Part shown: in pieces, positions 20,097 to 30,615 of the stretch
Layout of the letters: each line of letters starts with the position of its first letter
Position numbering within the stretch: the first letter of the stretch is position 1
Assembly (NCBI GenBank): GCA_963666055.2
Contig: CAXWPH010000015.1
Coordinates: forward strand, 864,001-928,000
Reading direction: 5' to 3'
Origin: Acidobacteriota bacterium
Lineage (GTDB): Bacteria; Acidobacteriota; UBA890; WLXD01
DNA length: 64,000 nt
The notes under the pieces: model-generated
The model's input: the letters and a program-made list of their open reading frames with translations, nothing else
Database searches by the model: none
What the model was told of the DNA's origin: nothing
Translations under genes and position numbers: made by a program

Positions 20097-22093
20097 GTGA
20101 GAGCGGCGGGCGGGTCGTTTCTCTTGTTTGCGCTGGCGGCGGCCTGGGTGGTGACATCGGGCCACTCACTCGCCGAGCAGGAGGAGGTCGAGGTGCGTCA
20201 TCCGCTCGACCCACTCACGGAGCGCGAGTACACCACCGTCAAGCGCGGGCTGAGACGCAGCGAGCATGTCGGCCCGATGGCGCGCTATCCATTGGTCACT
20301 CTCCACGAGCCAGCGAAGGCGGACGTACTGCGCTGGCAATCCGGCGAGACCATCGACCGCAAGGCGTTCGTGATCGTCAAGCAACGCCGGCGGGTCGCCG
20401 AGGCCATCGTCGATGCGCTGAGCGGAGAGGTGGTCTCGTGGACAGAGGTCGAAGGGGTGCAGCCAGGCGTGCTCATGACCGAGGAGTGGGCGATCGCCGT
20501 GGCGCTAGTCCGGCGCAACCCCGACTGGCAGGCAGCGGTCCGGGCGCGAGGGATTACCGACCTGTGGCGGGTAGTGTGCACGCCGCTGACGGTTGGCTAC
20601 TTCGGTCGCGCCGAGCGTGCTCGAAACCGACTGGCAAAGGTAATCTGCTTCGACGCGCAGGGAACGAGCAACTACTGGGGACGGCCGATTGAAGGGCTAG
20701 TTGCCACGGTCGACCTGGTCAAGCGCACCGTCGAACTGGTTGATACGGGGCCGTCCCGACGCCGCAATCGCCCGTAGACTTCGCCGGCGAGTTCGTCGGC
20801 GAGCTCCGAACGCCACCGAATCCGTTCGAGGCAACGCAGCCTCCGGGGCCGAGCTTCGAGCTCGATGGGCAGAGTGTGAGCTGGGAGAGGTGGCGTTTCC
20901 ACTTCCGCATCGATCCACGCCTGGGTCCGGTAATCTCGCTGGTGCGATACCAGGACGGCGGCAAGCTGCGGTCGATTCTGTATCAGGGCTCGCTATCGGA
21001 GCTGTTCGTTCCGTACATGGCGCCGGATGAGGGCTGGTACTTCAGAACCTACATGGACGCCGGCGAGTACGGCGTCGGCAAGCTGGCATCGCCCCTGCAA
21101 CCGAATCTGGACTGTCCGCCCGGGGCGGTCTTCTTCAATGCGGTGTTTGCCGACGACTGGGGTGACCCGTACACGACGCCACGAGCCGCTTGTCTGTTCG
21201 AGCGCAACGCCGGCGACATCGCCTGGCGGCACTACGAGTCGCTCACCGGGCGCACCGAGGTGCGCAGACGCACCGACCTGGTCTTGCGCTTTATCCCCGC
21301 GGTCGGCAACTACGACTACGTTCTCGACTGGGTGTTCCGACAGGACGGAACCCTGCAGGTGGACCTGGGGGCGACGGGGATCGCCCAGGTCAAGGCGGTG
21401 GCGAGCCGCACCATCGCCGACGACGGAGAGGGTCCAGACACCGACTACGGGCGCATGGTCGCCGCGCGCACGGTGGCGATCAACCACGACCATTTCTTCT
21501 CCTTCCGGCTCGATCTGGATGTAGACGGTACGCACAACAGCTTTCAGGTGGACCGCCTGCGTACCCAACGGCTCGAGGGTGACAGCCCACGCAAGAGCCT
21601 CTGGGTGGTGGAGCCGTCGATCGCCGCATCCGAGCAGGCCGCCAGGATGCGAATCGATCTCGAACAACCGGCACTGTGGCGGGTTATCAACCCCAACGTC
21701 CAGGGCCCAGTGGGCTACCCGGTGAGCTACGAGCTGAAGCCGCAGGCGAACGCCGTGTCGCTGCTGAAGCCGAACGATCCTCCGCAACAACGCGCCGGCT
21801 TCACCGACTTCCACCTATGGGTAACCCCTCACGACCCCGACGAGCGCTACGCGGCGGGGCTCTACCCGAACCAGAGTCCGGGTGGCCACGGGCTTCCCGA
21901 GTGGACCAGTGAGGATCGGTCGATCCTCAACACCGATCTGGTGCTCTGGTACACCCTCGGGGTGCATCATGTGGTGCGCGCCGAAGATTGGCCGGTGTTG
22001 CCGACCACGCGGAGTGGCTTCGAGCTGCGACCCTTCGACTTCTTCCCCAGGAATCCGGCTCTCGACATTTCCGAACAGGCCGAACAGGACTGA
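20097..22093 (+). CDS. tynA: Copper/TPQ primary amine oxidase, exported; frameshift at GGGG 20747-20750
   Basis: HPLDPLT, YMDAGEYG, VGNYDY (TPQ site), HDH and HH..EDWP Cu ligands; adding one G joins the two ORFs. Confidence 0.9.
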
Positions 22094-22120
22094 CCCGGCC
22101 CACCCATCGAGGCACGAGCA

Positions 22121-23027
22121 ATGCATGATGAAAACAAGCGGCGGGCGAATCTGACGAGACAGCTACCGTATGCGCCGATCGCGGTAGTGTTTCTTCTGCT
22201 TGTCCTCACGGCGGGCGTGGCCCACTCGCACGACATCTGGCTTCACGCCGACAGGTTCCGACTCGATGTCGGCGACACACTGATCATCCGGCAGCTGCTC
22301 GGCGCCGAGCTCGACAGCGACCTGTCGCGACCCGAGGCGACGCAGGAACTACCGCTCATGCGGTCCGTAACCTCGCGGCTGACGATGATCACCGACCAGG
22401 GGGCGGTCGACCTGCTGGCGCAGATGCAGGATCGGCCCACTCTCATGCCGGTGATCGAGCACCGGGTCGACTTTGAGGGCCTGGCCCTGGTGACCATGGA
22501 GCACTACCCGATCTATACCGAATTCACCAACGAGGAGTTCGTCGAGTATCTGGAGCACGAAGGGGTCTACAGCGAGGAGTTCCGTACGGCCATGGGATCG
22601 AGATCGGCGCAGGCCGAGTCCTACGTCCGGACGCTCAAGTGTCTGGTGCAGGTCGGAGATGACGACGCGGACGCCATCCCGAGCGAGCTACACAAGCAGG
22701 TTCTGGGTCAGAGGATCGAGATCGTGCTGCTCCAGAACCCGTACAGGCTAGATCCTGGCGACGAGCTCGCGGTCCAGGTGCTGGCGGATGGTGTCCCGGT
22801 TCAAGGTCAGCTTGTGAACGCGTACAACGCCGGCCGGGACCTGCCGGTCTCTAGGCAGCAGGCGCACACCGACGCCGAAGGCATCGCGCGCTTCACCCTC
22901 GACGGTGCGGGGCACTGGCTGGTTCGCCTGGTCAACCTGACCTCGTGCGCCGGGCGTACCGACGGCGAAGTGCGAAGACGCCGACTGGGACAGCGCCTGG
23001 GCCGCTTACAGCTTCGAACTGGACTAG
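22121..23027 (+). CDS. DUF4198 periplasmic protein; frameshift near 22964
   Basis: Signal peptide then HDIWL; IEIVLLQNPY, TDAEG, GHWLVR; shifted frame gives the C-terminus ADWDSAWAAYSFELD*. Confidence 0.8.
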
Positions 23028-23055
23028 GCGACGCCGCGGATAGGCCTACGCCTAC

Positions 23056-23481
23056 TCAGTACGCGGGAGTGCACGCGGCCGTTACCCCGAGCGCGCTCAG
23101 CTCGTCGGGAACCTCGCTCGGAGATCCCGTAGCATCGCAAAAGCCGTCGGCGTTGGCGTCCGTAGGATCGCAGTCGCCGCCCGGCAGGAAGACGTACTGC
23201 GTGATCACATCGCCGTCATCGTCAACGTCGTTGAACGCGCATGCGGTCAACCGGCAGGCGCTCCGGCCCAACAACTTGGCTAGGCTATTCTCGGACACAT
23301 TCCTGACTTTACCGTTGCTCCTGCAAACCTGGACCATGCCCAGGGGCACATGCGCCTTGCCTACACCTAGGGCCACATGCGCCTCGCCAACACCCAGGGC
23401 AACAGGCGCGTTGCCCACGAGGGTGCCTGGAACCACCAGCAACAGTGTGCCGACGAAAGACAACGTCAAGAATCGTCGCAT
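23056..23481 (-). CDS. Secreted Cys-rich hypothetical protein with 9-aa tandem repeats
   Basis: Signal peptide, VALGVGEAH/VALGVGKAH repeats, six Cys, acidic DxDxDG-like loops. Confidence 0.65.
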   Translation of the reverse strand: MRRFLTLSFVGTLLLVVPGTLVGNAPVALGVGEAHVALGVGKAHVPLGMVQVCRSNGKVRNVSENSLAKLLGRSACRLTACAFNDVDDDGDVITQYVFLPGGDCDPTDANADGFCDATGSPSEVPDELSALGVTAACTPAY

Positions 23482-23562
23482 GCGCTTTCTACTCCCGAGT
23501 TAAGTGCGCTGGCCGAAGGCGCGCCTGAAGTCCAAATAAGAGGATTGACCGTACCACGCCAG

Positions 23563-23608
23563 CTCCGGCATCTGGAGGGGTCGTCCTCCGGCATCTGGAG
23601 GGGTCGTC
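23563..23608. repeat. Perfect 23-bp tandem duplication
   Basis: ctccggcatctggaggggtcgtc x2. Confidence 0.9.
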
Positions 23609-23687
23609 GTTTGGCGGCCACACAATCACACGCAATTGGCCGATGAGTATGGATAGTAGTTCGGCCAGCCGGTAAGATGCACGAGTT

Positions 23688-23712
23688 GATATTGAGACGC
23701 TGTCTCGATTAC
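23688..23712 (+). promoter_or_regulatory. Fur-like inverted-repeat operator upstream of TonB receptor
   Basis: ATTGAGAC-gct-GTCTCGAT (7/8 arm match) about 60 bp before the ATG. Confidence 0.5.
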
Positions 23713-23767
23713 CGTCGCCAGCATCGATAGGCGCTTCTCGTCTCACGCCCGCGCTGTTCGTGCCCTC

Positions 23768-26044
23768 ATGAGCACCATGTTCTGCCGTCGCCCCGGTTCG
23801 CTAGTACGCGCTGCCATGCCGGCGCTCGTACTTGTCCTTGTAACGCTGCTCGCCATACCGGTGGATGCCCAGCAGTCGGGCGACGAGGGGGCGAAGCCGG
23901 CGGCGCACAAGCAGGAGGAGCGCAAGCCGCGGATCGACGAACGCATCATGGTGGTGGGCAGTGTCGAGAACCTCGAGATCATCCCGGGATCGGCGAGCCG
24001 GATCGAGGGCGCCGAACTGCTCCGCACTCAGGCGGCGTTCGGGGATATCCACCGGATGCTGAGGTCGGTTCCCGGGGTCAACCTCCAGGAAGAAGAGGGC
24101 TTCGGCCTGCGGCCCAACATCGGCCTGCGTGGCTCGGGCTCGGAGCGTTCCTCCCGCATCACCCTCATGGAGGACGGGGTTCTGATCGCTCCCGCACCCT
24201 ATACGGCACCCTCCGCCTATTACTTCCCCACCGCGGGCAGGATGGAAGCGATCGAGGTGCGCAAGGGCTCGAGCCAGATCAAGTTCGGGCCGCGGACGAA
24301 CGGCGGAGCCTTGAACCTGGTGTCCACGCGGGTGCCCGATGCGTTCACCGTGCGCGCCGAGCTGGGCGGCGGCAGCCACGCGACCGCCAAGGGCCGCCTG
24401 TCGGTCGGTAACAGCTCGCGCAACTGGGGCTGGATGCTCGAGACCTACCAGCTGCGCAGCGAAGGCTTCAAGCAGATCGATGGCGGCGGCGACGCGGGCT
24501 TCCACCTGGGTGACTATCTGGGGAAGCTGCGGTACCGGACAACCGGTAGCGCCGACTCCTTCCACGAGATCGAGGTCAAGCTCGGATACGTGGGGCAGCG
24601 CGGCAACCAGACCTACCTCGGCCTGACCGACGTTGACTTTCAGGCGAATCCGATGCGTCGTTACGCCGGCTCGCAGCACGACCGGATCGAGACCGAGCAT
24701 CGGCAGCTCCAGCTCCGCCACTACGGGATGTTCAGCCCGGCCATCGACCTGACCACGGTCGCCTACCGCAATGAGTTCCAGCGCAACTGGTACAAGCTGC
24801 AGAGCGTTCAGGGTGCGGGGCTCTCAAGCGTGTTCGAGAGCCCGCTGATCTACGCCGAGGAACTCGCCATCCTACGCGGCGCCGACAGCGCCCGCGACGC
24901 ACTGAAACAGCGCCACAACAACCGCCAATACTACGGGCAGGGGATCCAAAGCGTCCTGGGCCTGCGCCTCGGCAACGGCGCCACCCGCCAGCAGCTCGAG
25001 GTTGGCGTGCGCTACCACGCCGACCAAGAGGACCGGTTCCAGAGCGAGGATGGCTACCAGATGATCAGTGGGCACAAGACGCTCAGCAGCGTCGGCGCCC
25101 CTGGCAGTCAGGCGAATCGGATCGGGGACTCCAGAGCCTGGGCCGTGTTCGTGCAGGATCAGATCTCGACGGGACACTGGACGATCACTCCGGGCCTACG
25201 CTTCGAGTCCATCGACATGACGCGAACCGACTACTCGAGAACCGACCCGAATCGTACGGCGCCGACCTGGATTCGACACTCGCAGATCGACGTGCTGCTT
25301 CCCGGCGCAGGTGTCGACTACCGCATCGGACACGGCAGCAATGTATTCCTCGGTGTCCATCGAGGTTTCGCGCCCCCGGGTCCCGGGGCCGCCGACGGGG
25401 TCCGGCCCGAGACCAGCATCAACTACGAGCTCGGCTACCGGCTGCGCGGCACCCGGGCGACGGCGGGCGTGACCGGCTTCTTCAACGACTACGACAACCT
25501 GCTGGGGTCGGACACGCTCTCGAGCGGCGGCCAGGGGACCGGCGACCAGTTCAACGGTGGCGCCGCACGCGTCTGGGGTCTCGAGGCATCGGCCTCCTAC
25601 CACCTTGCGGCCGCCGGCTCGGCACTGCGAGTGCCCTTCGCACTCTCCTATACCTGGACCCGGGGGGAGTTCCGCACCAGCTTCGAGAGCGACTACGAGC
25701 CCTGGGGAAATATCGCCGCCGGTGACGAGCTCCCCTACTTGCCCGAGCATCAGCTCAACGTCTCGCTCGGGCTCCAGGGAACACGCTGGGATGCGTTCGC
25801 GTCGGTGACCTCGGGCAGCGCTATGCGGACCGAGGCGGGCCATGGGCCGATCCCGCCGCGGCGCGGGACCGACGCCTTCGCCGTCGTCGATCTGACCGCG
25901 GGGTATCGATTGAGCAGCGACGTATGGCTGCAGGCGGCGCTGCAGAACGCCCTTGCCGCCACCTACATCGTGACGCGCCGGCCGGCCGGTGTGCGGCCCG
26001 GCCTGACACGGACCTTCGTGCTCGGGCTGACCTTGTCGCGCTAA
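23768..26044 (+). CDS. TonB-dependent receptor (FecA-like)
   Basis: Plug GLRPNIGLRG..ITLMEDG..APY..YYFP, IEVRKG; barrel; RPAGVRPG C-terminus. Confidence 0.93.
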   Translation: MSTMFCRRPGSLVRAAMPALVLVLVTLLAIPVDAQQSGDEGAKPAAHKQEERKPRIDERIMVVGSVENLEIIPGSASRIEGAELLRTQAAFGDIHRMLRSVPGVNLQEEEGFGLRPNIGLRGSGSERSSRITLMEDGVLIAPAPYTAPSAYYFPTAGRMEAIEVRKGSSQIKFGPRTNGGALNLVSTRVPDAFTVRAELGGGSHATAKGRLSVGNSSRNWGWMLETYQLRSEGFKQIDGGGDAGFHLGDYLGKLRYRTTGSADSFHEIEVKLGYVGQRGNQTYLGLTDVDFQANPMRRYAGSQHDRIETEHRQLQLRHYGMFSPAIDLTTVAYRNEFQRNWYKLQSVQGAGLSSVFESPLIYAEELAILRGADSARDALKQRHNNRQYYGQGIQSVLGLRLGNGATRQQLEVGVRYHADQEDRFQSEDGYQMISGHKTLSSVGAPGSQANRIGDSRAWAVFVQDQISTGHWTITPGLRFESIDMTRTDYSRTDPNRTAPTWIRHSQIDVLLPGAGVDYRIGHGSNVFLGVHRGFAPPGPGAADGVRPETSINYELGYRLRGTRATAGVTGFFNDYDNLLGSDTLSSGGQGTGDQFNGGAARVWGLEASASYHLAAAGSALRVPFALSYTWTRGEFRTSFESDYEPWGNIAAGDELPYLPEHQLNVSLGLQGTRWDAFASVTSGSAMRTEAGHGPIPPRRGTDAFAVVDLTAGYRLSSDVWLQAALQNALAATYIVTRRPAGVRPGLTRTFVLGLTLSR

Positions 26045-26096
26045 CCGGGTCGGTGCACGACGCTGCAGCACCGGATCATCCGTCCTCGCTGAGGTC

Positions 26097-26146
26097 GATC
26101 TCCGTTGAAACAGGGAGCCTGAAGATGCTACCGACTACTCGCTTCA
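26097..26146 (+). repeat. 50-bp direct repeat copy 1 (RBS + first codons of the cupin-like gene)
   Basis: 49/50 identical to 32114-32163. Confidence 0.9.
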
Positions 26147-26322
26147 CCTAGCAGGCCGTGGTGGAAGTGTGGCGGGCCTGGCGACAGGGTCTTGCGAGGT
26201 GGAGGCAAGGAGAGAGGAGGAGGCGATGGTTACCCCATCGTTGACGAGGAACGACGCAGCATACGCGCGCAACCCCCTATCGCCCGGAGGGTTACGCCAC
26301 ACTTTCACCACGGCCTGCTAGG
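26147..26322 (+). mobile_element. MITE-like element, short form (176 bp)
   Basis: TIR cctagcaggccgtggtg(g/a)aagtgtgg...ccacactttcaccacggcctgctagg; internal hairpins; no transposase. Confidence 0.8.
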
Positions 26323-26536
26323 TTTGATGGGGCGGGAGACGGCTGGGTATACCGCGTCCCCGTGGGTGGTGGTCCCAGAGGGACGCTGCCCAGAGGCGGG
26401 AACAAACAAGCAGGGTATCGTCACCTTCTTGGAGTACCTGTCACGCCACGGCGTTACTTCACTCTGGGACGCTGGTAGCTTCAACTACCACGATCTCACG
26501 TACTCGCTGCTGGACGCGAGGCGAGCCTGTGCGTAG
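26323..26536 (+). pseudogene. Amidohydrolase internal fragment
   Basis: FLEYLSRHGVTSLWDAG resembles the GITSVVDAG segment of the gene at 5546. Confidence 0.45.
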
Positions 26537-28096
26537 TCACTCCTTCTTCTGTTCTTCTTCCTTCTCTTCCTCTGCCTTTGTCGCGTCCAGGTGCTGTTGC
26601 TGGTCGCCATAGTGGTCGTCTATGGCGTGCTCGGATGACAACGGGCTCAGGTAATGCTTCTCAGTCAGCTCTTCCTTGTTCATCGCGAGTCCCGTCAGGC
26701 ACGCTTTGATGATATGCACGCTGTTGAGCGTAGTCCTGTAGGTCGGATCCAGTGCAGGATGCAATTCGACCAGGTCGAAACCCACCACATTGGACTCCGC
26801 ACACAGGCGGCGCACGATGGTAATCGCTTCGCGCATGGTGAGCCCGCCTGGAACCGGTGTGCCGGTAGCCACTGCGAATGCGGGATCGAGAACATCAATG
26901 TCAAAAGAGATGTGCAGCTTGCGCCCCTCTTCACTGGCCTCGGCGACAACCCGGTCAAGCACGGCATCCCAGCCCCGCCGCTCAATCTCGGCCATGGTGT
27001 GATAACGCATGCCCTGTTCCCGCATCCAATTGAAACCCGACTTGTCGGGTCCGCTCGAGCGCAGCCCGACCTGGATGTAATCCGCAGCCCGCACATGGCC
27101 TTCATTAATCAGGCGGTACACCGGGTATCCATGATTGATCAGGTGGGCGCTTTCGCCCCACCACGCATCGTAATGCGAGTCGAAGTGAATAACCGATACC
27201 TTTTCCTTGCCATAAACGTCCGCCAAGGCCGCAACATTGGGGTATTCCAATGAGTGGTCGCCGCCGACAATCATGGGTACGGCTCCCGTCTCCGCGATCT
27301 CGCGCACGATCTCGCGTACGTGGCGCATGGACCGTTCGGTGCTGTCGTTGTCTACCGCAACGTCGCCGTAGTCCACGACGGTCAGTACCTCAGATGCATT
27401 AATTTGCACATACTGGTCCTCTCCGCCCATGGCCCGGCCGCGCAGGCGAAGGTCGACGGTGGCGCGCTCACCCGAGTCGCGCCATCCCGAGCCCATGTTC
27501 AGGGGCGCGCCCAGGATGGCGACATCAACCTCACCCGCGACGAGGTCTTCCTTCGACAGCGCCAGGGGGAAACCGCCAAATGTTGGCGGACCGCGCCTGC
27601 CGCGATAGCGACCGAGCGCGACCGGTCCCGCCTCCCGCTCTGGATCCATGGATCGGGGACGCAGTAATCGCCATGCATTGAAATCGGGCGATTCGGTATT
27701 GAAGGGAATGTTGGGCAAGTCTCGTCCTTCGGTGTAGCGGCTTTGTTCCACTACCTGTTGCATGGCCTCGACCCACGCCTTTACTTCCTCCGGTGTGCGT
27801 TTCTCGAGCGCTTCAACGGCTTTTTCGGCTGGCCCGGTAAAGGCACGCGCATCGGCGCTCTTCAGAAACTCGATTTGCTCCGGCGTCAGCAATTCGAGCT
27901 TTGCCGCCACGCTGTCGGGCAGTTCAATAGGCGGCTGTTCCTCCTCCCGTGCGTCGACGGTGTCAAACGGATACGCCCGCGCACCGACGACGTGCTCCTG
28001 GGTGCCAGGCCTTTCATCCTGGGCCCAGGCGACCGGTGCAGCCGCCGTCACAAGCAAGAGCAGTGCGGCACGAATGCTGATCGAACCGAATGTCAT
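26537..28096 (-). CDS. Exported ureohydrolase (agmatinase family), intact metal site
   Basis: GGDHS, FDSHYD, FDIDVLDP, TGTPVPGG, DLVE; signal peptide; RBS ggag. Confidence 0.9.
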   Translation of the reverse strand: MTFGSISIRAALLLLVTAAAPVAWAQDERPGTQEHVVGARAYPFDTVDAREEEQPPIELPDSVAAKLELLTPEQIEFLKSADARAFTGPAEKAVEALEKRTPEEVKAWVEAMQQVVEQSRYTEGRDLPNIPFNTESPDFNAWRLLRPRSMDPEREAGPVALGRYRGRRGPPTFGGFPLALSKEDLVAGEVDVAILGAPLNMGSGWRDSGERATVDLRLRGRAMGGEDQYVQINASEVLTVVDYGDVAVDNDSTERSMRHVREIVREIAETGAVPMIVGGDHSLEYPNVAALADVYGKEKVSVIHFDSHYDAWWGESAHLINHGYPVYRLINEGHVRAADYIQVGLRSSGPDKSGFNWMREQGMRYHTMAEIERRGWDAVLDRVVAEASEEGRKLHISFDIDVLDPAFAVATGTPVPGGLTMREAITIVRRLCAESNVVGFDLVELHPALDPTYRTTLNSVHIIKACLTGLAMNKEELTEKHYLSPLSSEHAIDDHYGDQQQHLDATKAEEEKEEEQKKE

Positions 28097-28130
28097 AGCA
28101 ATGCTCCAATACGTGTGGGCCGGGCGCATA

Positions 28131-29522
28131 CTATCGCTGGCCATGATCGAGCGCCAAGGGATGAACGTAGTCCGGGTCGAGGCCCGCCTTGCGCACCGCG
28201 ATGCCAACCAGGCAGGCATTCAGCGCAGCATTCGCATGCATTATCGACAGTCGAGAGGAATCCAGCATCGGGGCCATGTCCGTGATTTCAAAACCGACGA
28301 TCTCTTTCGCCGCGCACACATGGCGGACTGCCTGGGTCACTTCCTCAAGACCCAAGCCATTGTGCGTTGCACGCCCAGCCGCAACCATCTCGGCAGGGTT
28401 AACGACGCTGACATCGATCGAGACGAAATAGGCGTCGGGGCCTCTGGCGACTTCCTGCAGTACCCGTTGCATAACTCTCTCGGATCCGCGTTGCCGGAAT
28501 TCAGCCATCGTGTGGTAGCGGACACCCTGGTCACGCAGCCATTGCAGTGTGTCCGCATCTACCGCGGGTCCGCGTAAGCCAACCTGGACGGTTTCGCTGC
28601 CTTCCACGATGCCCTCGTCCAACAGCAGGAAAAGCGCCTGACGGTCAGAAATCGTATGGTCACCGTTGCGCTCGGCATCTGGGTGGGCGCTGAAGTGCAG
28701 CAATCCAAAGCTCCCATTTCCGTGTACCCGGGCGACGCCACTGACGGCAGGATAGAGCAAGGACGTATCACCGCCGACCAGCATCGGGATGGCGCCGGTG
28801 CGCGCGGTTTCGGCAACCATGGCGGCAACGTGGTTGACGGTTCTTTCTGTGCTCATCTGGTCGACAGCAAAATCACCGTAGTCGACCACGGAGAGTGTTT
28901 CGAACGGCTTCACCAGGGATTGCACGTCTGGCATGGCAATGGTGTTCAGGCCACGCATTTCGCTCGGGCCGTTTTTAGCGTCGCGCCGGCCGCTGCTCGC
29001 ATTCCCTGGCACGCCGACGATCGCCACGTCCACATTGCCTGCGACGAGATCTTCCGGCCAGATGGCGACATCGGCGCCACCAAACGTAGGTACACCGGTT
29101 TTCGGAAACAGGTAACGGTGCACGCTGAACGGGCCCGGCTCACGTTCGAAATCGCGCAACAATGCCGGTGTAGGCATGGCCCCACCGAAACTCTTGGTAG
29201 TGAGGTTGAGGGGTGCCGCGCCCATGTCTCGCTCCGGGTCATAACCCATTTTGTCGGCGAGCGACATCAGGTCGTCCAGCAGAGATCGCAGGCTGTTTGC
29301 ATCACGCGTGGCGAGTTCGTGTTCGAGCTGCCGCTCCGGAATATATTTGAGTATCGCGCCTGATGTAATGAACTCGATCTGTTCATCATTCAGCACGCTC
29401 GCTTGCGCCTGCAGCTCGCCCGGTATGGACCGTTGCCCAAGCGCGGTTTCAACGGAGAGCAGCAGCAATGCCGAACAAATTGTGAGCAGAGCACGATGCG
29501 TCAACAATCGTCGAGAGATCAT
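28131..29522 (-). CDS. Exported ureohydrolase paralog with degenerate metal ligands
   Basis: Same fold but GGDTS, FSAHPD, IDVSVVNP, EITD; signal peptide. Confidence 0.85.
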   Translation of the reverse strand: MISRRLLTHRALLTICSALLLLSVETALGQRSIPGELQAQASVLNDEQIEFITSGAILKYIPERQLEHELATRDANSLRSLLDDLMSLADKMGYDPERDMGAAPLNLTTKSFGGAMPTPALLRDFEREPGPFSVHRYLFPKTGVPTFGGADVAIWPEDLVAGNVDVAIVGVPGNASSGRRDAKNGPSEMRGLNTIAMPDVQSLVKPFETLSVVDYGDFAVDQMSTERTVNHVAAMVAETARTGAIPMLVGGDTSLLYPAVSGVARVHGNGSFGLLHFSAHPDAERNGDHTISDRQALFLLLDEGIVEGSETVQVGLRGPAVDADTLQWLRDQGVRYHTMAEFRQRGSERVMQRVLQEVARGPDAYFVSIDVSVVNPAEMVAAGRATHNGLGLEEVTQAVRHVCAAKEIVGFEITDMAPMLDSSRLSIMHANAALNACLVGIAVRKAGLDPDYVHPLALDHGQR

Positions 29523-29561
29523 ATTGTCCGCCTGACTCCAATTGATGGAATTCGAATCTTC

Positions 29562-30602
29562 TTATCGCCAGAACACCATGATGCGTTCCACGGTCCAGAT
29601 AATCGTAGTGCCACCGACGGTATAAGCCAGCGGCTGTTCAATTCTTCGCAGCCAGTCGAGCGGCTTGAGTTCCTTAACCTGTCTCGAGTTGGTACTTTCA
29701 ATAAAGCTCAGCTGTCCTATAAGCGACGTTATGATCCAGACAGTCGCGATGATGACGCCGACAAACAGAAGCTGACCAATTTCTACGCCGACATTAAACG
29801 CCAGCAGCGCGGCTGGCACTTCCGTCTGGGGGAGACCGATCTCACTCAACGCCGAGGCAAAACCAAAACCGTGTAGCAAACCAAATGATGCCGACACCAC
29901 GATGGGATAACGCCAGGTCAGCGTGTCGCGGCGCTGCAGTGCGATCTCTCGCGCCAGGAACACAATGGACAGTGCAATAACCGCCTCGATCGGAGGTATC
30001 GGCAATCGCACCAGGTCCAGGGCGGCCAGGGTCAGGGTAATGGAATGAGCGAGAGTAAAGCCGGTGATGGTGATCAGGATGCGGTGTCCGGTGCCTGCGA
30101 TCAGCACCAGGCAGGCGATAAACAACAAATGATCAATCCCACCCAGGATGTGTTCGATCCCAAATACCGTGTAGGTCCTTGCCACCTCCAAGCGCGATAG
30201 GGACTCGCCCACTACGAAGGAAGGATTGGCCGCCAGCAGTCGGGCAACGATGGTGGTGCCGTCCAGCCGCTCGATGCGCACCAGTACCTCGGTAGACGCC
30301 GTAGACAAGCCTTCGATGACAATTTCTGAGCCGGCCAGACCACCACTACTACTTATAGAATAACGTTCGATGTAGGCGCCACCGATCATAGAACCGCGGA
30401 CCGTACTGATCCTGTCAACGTCGGCCGGGAATCTAACATAGAGGCCGAGGCGTCGATCACCCAGGGCCGGCACCTTCCACAACACCTCGAAGACTTCATC
30501 ACTGGACTGTCGCAGCTGCAGAAATGCCGGGCGGTACTCGTCTGCCTGTACAGTTCCAACCGACAGGAGCATAAGAAGGGCGATGAGCAAGAATCTATTC
30601 AT
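29562..30602 (-). CDS. HupE/UreJ-family membrane protein
   Basis: HILGGIDHLLF, FTLAHSITL, FGLLHGFGFA, FNVGVEIGQL. Confidence 0.92.
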   Translation of the reverse strand: MNRFLLIALLMLLSVGTVQADEYRPAFLQLRQSSDEVFEVLWKVPALGDRRLGLYVRFPADVDRISTVRGSMIGGAYIERYSISSSGGLAGSEIVIEGLSTASTEVLVRIERLDGTTIVARLLAANPSFVVGESLSRLEVARTYTVFGIEHILGGIDHLLFIACLVLIAGTGHRILITITGFTLAHSITLTLAALDLVRLPIPPIEAVIALSIVFLAREIALQRRDTLTWRYPIVVSASFGLLHGFGFASALSEIGLPQTEVPAALLAFNVGVEIGQLLFVGVIIATVWIITSLIGQLSFIESTNSRQVKELKPLDWLRRIEQPLAYTVGGTTIIWTVERIMVFWR

Positions 30603-30615
30603 CGTCGGCCACTTC

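Noticed and set aside
22121-23503. 460-aa ORF as a real protein
   Set aside because: Tail is frameshift read-through antisense to the 23056-23481 gene
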